Source: Eledone cirrhosa (Eukaryota). Taken from it: 64,000 nucleotides of DNA. This document shows, piece after piece, positions 54,644 to 64,000 of this stretch. Location: NCBI GenBank assembly GCA_964016885.1, contig OZ024763.1, positions 15,190,001 to 15,254,000 on the forward strand, written 5' to 3'. Under the pieces are notes generated by a model. It was not told where the DNA came from, did no database searches, and was given only the letters and a program-made list of their open reading frames with translations. The position numbers and the translations under genes are program-made. Numbering within the stretch: position 1 is the first letter of the stretch; every line of letters starts with the position of its first letter.

Positions 54644-55281
54644 TATATATATACATACTCCACTAATTTGTTGAGTGCTTTATATCAGTTATAAAAATTG
54701 TTTAAGCTTGTTGAATCTCAACAAATTAAATATAACCTCTGCATATATATATATATAAGCAGAAGGGATATTCAATTTGTTGGTAATTCAACAAATATAA
54801 ATGTTTATAACTGATTCAGAGCACCCGACAAGTTTTCTGGAGTATAATATTCAATGATATTATTAAATAAATGGAAACTATATTTATAAAACCATATTTA
54901 TTCTATTGTATATATTTCAAGGGTACCAAAACTTTGGTACGCTTTCATCAGATAAAATAGAAAGTTTGTTTTATAAATTTTGACATAACCAAGAAAAAGA
55001 TACCTTAACGGTTCAAGTTTTCCTTGGATAGTGAAGGAATAAGAGAAGAAAAGTCAGATATTTCAAATTATTAAGACATACATATATCCTAATTATTTAA
55101 ATTCTGCATAGCGTCTAAAATAACGTTTTTTCAGCCCTATACCTCAACCTCATTTGCATACTCATCTTAATAATTTGAAATATCTGACTTTTCTTCTCTT
55201 ATCCCTTCACTATCCAAGGAAAACTTGAACCGTTAAGGTATCTTTTTCTTGATTATGTCAAAATTTATAAAACAAACTTTG

Positions 55282-55342
55282 TATTTTATCTGATGAAAGT
55301 GTACCAAAGTTTTGGTACCCTTGAAATATATATAATAGAATA
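55282..55342 (+). ncRNA. Type-I hammerhead ribozyme motif
   Basis: TATTTTAT-CTGATGA-aag tgtaccaaa g ttttggtac cctt-GAAA-tatata-TA-ATAGAATA. Confidence 0.82.
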
Positions 55343-55729
55343 AATATGGTTTTATAAATATAGTTTCCATTTATTTAATATCATTGTATATATATATATA
55401 TATAAATGTGTGTATATATATATAGTCCTGTATATATAGGAAAAAGTATGACCCCGACGGCAGAGCTCAAGCCGTTTCGACGGCTATTTCTGGACTATAT
55501 ATATATATACACACATTTACCAGTATATTATATATATGCGTATGTATGTGTGTCCATCTGGGACCTCGTTTGCCTTAAAAATGTGAGGGGGACAAACCAA
55601 CATTTGTTGATTCTTAAAGGAGCATGTTAGTATTGCTTAGGGTGCCTTCCTGGACCCTATCACATAAGTAAAATTTACGCTAATTAAATTTTATATAATC
55701 AAATATATAAATCCTGACCATGGCTACTT

Positions 55730-58700
55730 TCTCCACCCTCCCTCTAATTTTATGTTATATTATAGACTAAATATACACATCTTGACCACTGGTACTTTCT
55801 CCATCCATTCTTCACTGTTTTATGTTATATTATAGACTAAATATACACATCTTGACCACTGCTACTTTCTCCATCCATTCTTCACTGTTTTATGTTATAT
55901 TATAGACTAAATATACACATCTTGACCACTGCTATTTTCTCCATCCATTCTTCACTGTTTTATGTTATATTATAGACTAAATATACACATCTTGACCACT
56001 GCTATTTTCTCCATCCATTCTTCACTGTTTTATGTTATATTATAGACTAAATATACACATCTTGACCACTGCTATTTTCTCCATCCATTCTTCACTGTTT
56101 TATGTTATATTATAGACTAAATATACACATCTTGACCACTGCTATTTTCTCCATCCATTCTTCACTGTTTTATGTTATATTATAGACTAAATATACACAT
56201 CTTGACCACTGCTATTTTCTCCATCCATTCTTCACTGTTTTATGTTATATTATAGACTAAATATACACATCTTGACCACTGCTATTTTCTCCATCCATTC
56301 TTCACTGTTTTATGTTATATTATAGACTAAATATACACATCTTGACCACTGCTATTTTCTCCATCCATTCTTCACTGTTTTATGTTATATTATAGACTAA
56401 ATATACACATCTTGACCACTGCTATTTTCTCCATCCATTCTTCACTGTTTTATGTTATATTATAGACTAAATATACACATCTTGACCACTGCTACTTTCT
56501 CCATCCATTCTTCACTGTTTTATGTTATATTATAGACTAAATATACACATCTTGACCACTGCTACTTTCTCCATCCATTCTTCACTGTTTTATGTTATAT
56601 TATAGACTAAATATACACATCTTGACCACTGCTACTTTCTCCATCCATTCTTCACTGTTTTATGTTATATTATAGACTAAATATACACATCTTGACCACT
56701 GCTACTTTCTCCATCCATTCTTCACTGTTTTATGTTATATTATAGACTAAATATACACATCTTGACCACTGCTACTTTCTCCATCCATTCTTCAGTTTTA
56801 TGTTATATTATAGACTAAATATACACATCTTGACCACTGCTACTTTCTCCATCCATTCTTCACTGTTTTATGTTATATTATAGACTAAATATACACATCT
56901 TGACCACTGCTACTTTCTCCATCCATTCTTCACTGTTTTATGTTATATTATAGACTAAATATACACATCTTGACCACTGCTACTTTCTCCATCCATTCTT
57001 CACTGTTTTATGTTATATTATAGACTAAATATACACATCTTGACCACTGCTACTTTCTCCATCCATTCTTCACTGTTTTATGTTATATTATAGACTAAAT
57101 ATACACATCTTGACCACTGCTACTTTCTCCATCCATTCTTCACTGTTTTATGTTATATTATAGACTAAATATACACATCTTGACCACTGCTACTTTCTCC
57201 ATCCATTCTTCACTGTTTTATGTTATATTATAGACTAAATATACACATCTTGACCACTGCTACTTTCTCCATCCATTCACTGTTTTATGTTATATTATAG
57301 ACTAAATATACACATCTTGACCACTGCTACTTTCTCCATCCATTCTTCACTGTTTTATGTTATATTATAGACTAAATATACACATCTTGACCACTGCTAC
57401 TTTCTCCATCCATTCTTCACTGTTTTATGTTATATTATAGACTAAATATACACATCTTGACCACTGCTACTTTCTCCATCCATTCTTCACTGTTTTATGT
57501 TATATTATAGACTAAATATACACATCTTGACCATGGCTACTTTCTCCATCCATTCTTCACTGTTTTATGTTATATTATACACACCTTGACCACTGCTACT
57601 TTCTCCATCCATTCTTCACTGTTTTATGTTATATTATAGACTAAATATACACATCTTGACCACTGCTACTTTCTCCATCCATTCTTCACTGTTTTATGTT
57701 ATATTATAGACTAAATATACACATCTTGACCACTGCTACTTTCTCCATCCATTCTTCACTGTTTTATGTTATATTATAGACTAAATATACACATCTTGAC
57801 CACTGCTACTTTCTCCATCCATTCTTCACTGTTTTATGTTATATTATAGACTAAATATACACATCTTGACCATGGCTACTTTCTCCATCCATTCTTCACT
57901 GTTTTATGTTATATTATACACACCTTGACCACTGCTACTTTCTCCATCCATTCTTCACTGTTTTATGTTATATTATAGACTAAATATACACATCTTGACC
58001 ACTGCTACTTTCTCCATCCATTCACTGTTTTGTTATATTATAGACTAAATATACACATCTTGACCACTGCTACTTTCTCCATCCATTCACTGTTTTATGT
58101 TATATTATAGACTAAATATACACATCTTGACCACTGCTACTTTCTCCATCCATTCTTCACTGTTTTATGTTATATTATAGACTAAATATACACATCTTGA
58201 CCACTGCTATTTTCTCCATCCATTCTTCACTGTTTTATGTTATATTATAGACTAAATATACACATCTTGACCACTGCTACTTTCTCCATCCATTCTTCAC
58301 TGTTTTATGTTATATTATAGACTAAATATACACATCTTGACCACTGCTACTTTCTCCATCCATTCTTCACTGTTTTATGTTATATTATAGACTAAATATA
58401 CACATCTTGACCACTGCTACTTTCTCCATCCATTCTTCACTGTTTTATGTTATATTATAGACTAAATATACACATCTTGACCACTGCTACTTTCTCCATC
58501 CTTTCTTCACTGTTTTATGTTATATTATAGACTAAATATACACATCTTGACCACTGCTACTTTCTCCATCCATTCTTCACTGTTTTATGTTATATTATAC
58601 ACATCTTGACCACTGCTACTTTCTCCAACCTTTCTTCACTGTTTTATGTTATATTATAGACTAAATATACACATCTTGACCACTGCTACTTTCTCCATCC

Positions 58701-61700
58701 ATTCTTCACTGTTTTATGTTATATTATACACATCTTGACCACTGCTACTTTCTCCAACCTTTCTTCACTGTTTTATGTTATATTATAGACTAAATATACA
58801 CATCTTGACCATGGCTACTTTCTCCATCCATTCTTCACTGTTTTATGTTATATTATAGACTAAATATACACATCTTGACCACTGCTATTTTCTCCATCCA
58901 TTCTTCACTGTTTTATGTTATATTATAGACTAAATATACACATCTTGACCACTGCTACTTTCTCCATCCATTCTTCACTGTTTTATGTTATATTATAGAC
59001 TAAATATACACATCTTGACCACTGCTACTTTCTCCAACCTTTCTTCACTGTTTTATGTTATATTATAGACTAAATATACACATCTTGACCACTGCTACTT
59101 TCTCCATCCTTTCTTCACTGTTTTGTTATATTATAGACTAAATATACACATCTTGACCACTGCTATTTTCTCCATCCATTCTTCACTGTTTTATGTTATA
59201 TTATAGACTAAATATACACATCTTGACCACTGCTACTTTCTCCATCCATTCTTCACTGTTTTATGTTATATTATAGACTAAATCTACACATCTTGACCAC
59301 TGCTACTTTCTCCATCCATTCTTCACTGTTTTATGTTATATTATAGACTAAATATACACATCTTGACCACTGCTACTTTCTCCATCCATTCTTCACTGTT
59401 TTATGTTATATTATAGACTAAATATACACATCTTGACCACTGCTACTTTCTCCATCCTTTCTTCACTGTTTTATGTTATATTATACACATCTTGACCACT
59501 GCTACTTTCTCCATCCATTCTTCACTGTTTTATGTTATATTATAGACTAAATATACACATCTTGACCACTGCTACTTTCTCCATCCTTTCTTCACTGTTT
59601 TATGTTATATTATACACATCTTGACCACTGCTACTTTCTCCATCCATTCTTCACTGTTTTATGTTATATTATAGACTAAATATACACATCTTGACCACTG
59701 CTACTTTCTCCATCCATTCTTCACTGTTTTATGTTATATTATAGACTAAATATACACATCTTGACCACTGCTACTTTCTCCAACCTTTCTTCACTGTTTT
59801 ATGTTATATTATAGACTAAATATACACATCTTGACCACTGCTACTTTCTCCATCCTTTCTTCACTGTTTTATGTTATATTATAGACTAAATATACACATC
59901 TTGACCACTGCTATTTTCTCCATCCATTCTTCACTGTTTTATGTTATATTATAGACTAAATATACACATCTTGACCACTGCTACTTTCTCCATCCATTCT
60001 TCACTGTTTTATGTTATATTATAGACTAAATATACACATCTTGACCACTGCTACTTTCTCCATCCATTCTTCACTGTTTTATGTTATATTATAGACTAAA
60101 TATACACATCTTGACCACTGCTACTTTCTCCATCCATTCTTCACTGTTTTATGTTATATTATAGACTAAATATACACATCTTGACCACTGCTACTTTCTC
60201 CATCCATTCTTCACTGTTTTATGTTATATTATAGACTAAATATACACATCTTGACCACTGCTACTTACTCCAACCTTTCTTCACTGTTTTATGTTATATT
60301 ATAGACTAAATATACACATCTTGACCACTGCTACTTTCTCCATCCATTCACTGTTTTATGTTATATTATAGACTAAATATACACATCTTGACCACTGCTA
60401 CTTTCTCCATCCATTCTTCACTGTTTTATGTTATATTATAGACTAAATATACACATCTTGACCACTGCTACTTTCTCCATCCATTCACTGTTTTATGTTA
60501 TATTATAGACTAAATATACACATCTTGACCACTGCTACTTTCTCCAACCTTTCTTCACTGTTTTATGTTATATTATAGACTAAATATACACATCTTGACC
60601 ACTGCTACTTTCTCCATCCTTTCTTCACTGTTTTATGTTATATTATAGACTAAATATACACATCTTGACCACTGCTATTTTCTCCATCCATTCTTCACTG
60701 TTTTATGTTATATTATAGACTAAATATACACATCTTGACCACTGCTACTTTCTCCATCCTTTCTTCACTGTTTTATGTTATATTATAGACTAAATATACA
60801 CATCTTGACCACTGCTACTTTCTCCATCCTTTCTTCACTGTTTTATGTTATATTATAGACTAAATATACACATCTTGACCACTGCTACTTTCTCCATCCA
60901 TTCTTCACTGTTTTATGTTATATTATAGACTAAATATACACATCTTGACCACTGCTACTTTCTCCATCCATTCTTCACTGTTTTATGTTATATTATAGAC
61001 TAAATATACACATCTTGACCACTGCTACTTTCTCCAACCTTTCTTCACTGTTTTATGTTATATTATAGACTAAATATACACATCTTGACCACTGCTACTT
61101 TCTCCATCCTTTCTTCACTGTTTTATGTTATATTATAGACTAAATATACACATCTTGACCACTGCTACTTTCTCCATCCTTTCTTCACTGTTTTATGTTA
61201 TATTATAGACTAAATATACACATCTTGACCACTGCTACTTTCTCCATCCATTCTTCACTGTTTTATGTTATATTATAGACTAAATATACACATCTTGACC
61301 ACTGCTACTTTCTCCATCCTTTCTTCACTGTTTTATGTTATATTATACACATCTTGACCACTGCTACTTTCTCCATCCATTCTTCACTGTTTTATGTTAT
61401 ATTATAGACTAAATATACACATCTTGACCACTGCTACTTACTCCAACCTTTCTTCACTGTTTTATGTTATATTATAGACTAAATATACACATCTTGACCA
61501 CTGCTACTTTCTCCATCCATTCACTGTTTTATGTTATATTATAGACTAAATATACACATCTTGACCACTGCTACTTTCTCCATCCATTCTTCACTGTTTT
61601 ATGTTATATTATAGACTAAATATACACATCTTGACCACTGCTACTTACTCCAACCTTTCTTCACTGTTTTATGTTATATTATAGACTAAATATACACATC

Positions 61701-63977
61701 TTGACCACTGCTACTTTCTCCATCCATTCACTGTTTTATGTTATATTATAGACTAAATATACACATCTTGACCACTGCTACTTTCTCCATCCATTCTTCA
61801 CTGTTTTATGTTATATTATAGACTAAATATACACATCTTGACCACTGCTACTTTCTCCATCCATTCACTGTTTTATGTTATATAGACTAAATATACACAT
61901 CTTGACCACTGCTACTTTCTCCATCCATTCTTCACTGTTTTATGTTATATTATAGACTAAATATACACATCTTGACCACTGCTACTTTCTCCATCCTTTC
62001 TTCACTGTTTTATGTTATATTATAGACTAAATATACACATCTTGACCACTGCTACTTTCTCCATCCATTCTTCACTGTTTTATGTTATATTATAGACTAA
62101 ATATACACATCTTGACCACTGCTACTTTCTCCATCCATTCTTCACTGTTTTATGTTATATTATAGACTAAATATACACATCTTGACCACTGCTACTTTCT
62201 CCATCCATTCTTCACTGTTTTATGTTATATTATAGACTAAATATACACATCTTGACCACTGCTATTTTCTCCATCCATTCTTCACTGTTTTATGTTATAT
62301 TATAGACTAAATATACACATCTTGACCACTGCTACTTTCTCCATCCTTTCTTCACTGTTTTATGTTATATTATAGACTAAATATACACATCTTGACCACT
62401 GCTACTTTCTCCATCCATTCTTCACTGTTTTATGTTATATTATAGACTAAATATACACATCTTGACCACTGCTACTTTCTCCATCCTTTCTTCACTGTTT
62501 TATGTTATATTATAGACTAAATATACACATCTTGACCACAGCTACTTCATCCATTCTTCACTGTTTTGTTATATTATAAACTAAATATACACATCTTGAC
62601 CACTGCTACTTTCTCCATCCTTTCTTCACTGTTTTATGTTATATTATAGACTAAATATACACATCTTGACCACTGCTATTTTCTCCATCCATTCTTCACT
62701 GTTTTATGTTATATTATAGACTAAATATACACATCTTGACCACTGCTACTTTCTCCATCCATTCTTCACTGTTTTATGTTATATTATAGACTAAATATAC
62801 ACATCTTGACCACTGCTACTTTCTCCATCCATTCTTCAGTTTTATGTTATATTATAGACTAAATATACACATCTTGACCACTGCTACTTTCTCCATCCAT
62901 TCTTCACTGTTTTATGTTATATTATAGACTAAATATACACATCTTGACCACTGCTACTTTCTCCATCCATTCTTCACTGTTTTATGTTATATTATAGACT
63001 AAATATACACATCTCGACCACTGCTACTTTCTCCATCCATTCTTCACTGTTTTATGTTATATTATAGACTAAATATACACATCTTGACCACTGCTACTTT
63101 CTCCATCCTTTCTTCACTGTTTTATGTTATATTATAGACTAAATATACACATCTTGACCACAGCTACTTCATCCATTCTTCACTGTTTTATGTTATATTA
63201 TAGACTAAATATACACATCTTGACCACTGCTACTTTCTCCATCCTTTCTTCACTGTTTTATGTTATATTATAGACTAAATATACACATCTTGACCACTGC
63301 TATTTTCTCCATCCATTCTTCACTGTTTTATGTTATATTATAGACTAAATATACACATCTTGACCACTGCTACTTTCTCCATCCATTCTTCACTGTTTTA
63401 TGTTATATTATAGACTAAATATACACATCTTGACCACTGCTACTTTCTCCATCCATTCTTCACTGTTTTATGTTATATTATAGACTAAATATACACATCT
63501 TGACCACTGCTACTTTCTCCATCCATTCTTCACTGTTTTATGTTATATTATAGACTAAATATACACATCTTGACCACTGCTACTTTCTCCATCCATTCTT
63601 CACTGTTTTATGTTATATTATAGACTAAATATACACATCTTGACCACTGCTACTTTCTCCATCCATTCTTCACTGTTTTATGTTATATTATAGACTAAAT
63701 ATACACATCTTGACCACTGCTACTTTCTCCATCCATTCTTCACTGTTTTATGTTATATTATAGACTAAATATACACATCTTGACCACTGCTACTTTCTCC
63801 ATCCATTCTTCACTGTTTTATGTTATATTATAGACTAAATATACACATCTTGACCACTGCTACTTTCTCCATCCATTCTTCACTGTTTTATGTTATATTA
63901 TAGACTAAATATACACATCTTGACCACTGCTACTTTCTCCATCCATTCTTCACTGTTTTATGTTATATTATAGACTC
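55730..63977. repeat. 70-bp satellite array, ~8.2 kb, roughly 115-120 copies
   Basis: cttgaccactgctactttctccatccattcttcactgttttatgttatattatagactaaatatacacat. Confidence 0.98.
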
Positions 63978-64000
63978 ATGCAACTTAACCATGGCTAGTT

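Noticed and set aside
55730-63977. CRISPR-like array
   Set aside because: Contiguous 70-bp units with no unique spacers, no cas genes, eukaryotic context.

Overview
AT-rich, microsatellite-dense animal genomic DNA. The repeat repertoire (CORE-like tRNA-SINEs with (TGA)n tails, RTE LINEs, long (TA)n/(CA)n) suggests an octopod cephalopod; this is inference. Only one host exon is supported: the first coding exon of an unconventional myosin-XVIII gene (minus strand, 45959-45359, GT donor), so much of 1-45358 is probably intron. The rest is RTE and Tx1/L1-like LINE relics, SINEs, TTAA/piggyBac-type MITEs, a Penelope-like (GIY-YIG) fragment, many minisatellites and an 8.2-kb 70-bp satellite. The most notable signal, found by eye, is a set of short non-coding elements sitting in (TA)n tracts. 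They are often built as inverted repeats and carry type-I hammerhead ribozyme motifs: about 9 apparently intact and about 10 damaged or truncated, from several sequence families. This looks like a Penelope/retrozyme-like, microsatellite-associated system. Ribozyme activity is predicted from motif and base pairing only. Coordinates were read by eye and repeat boundaries are approximate.
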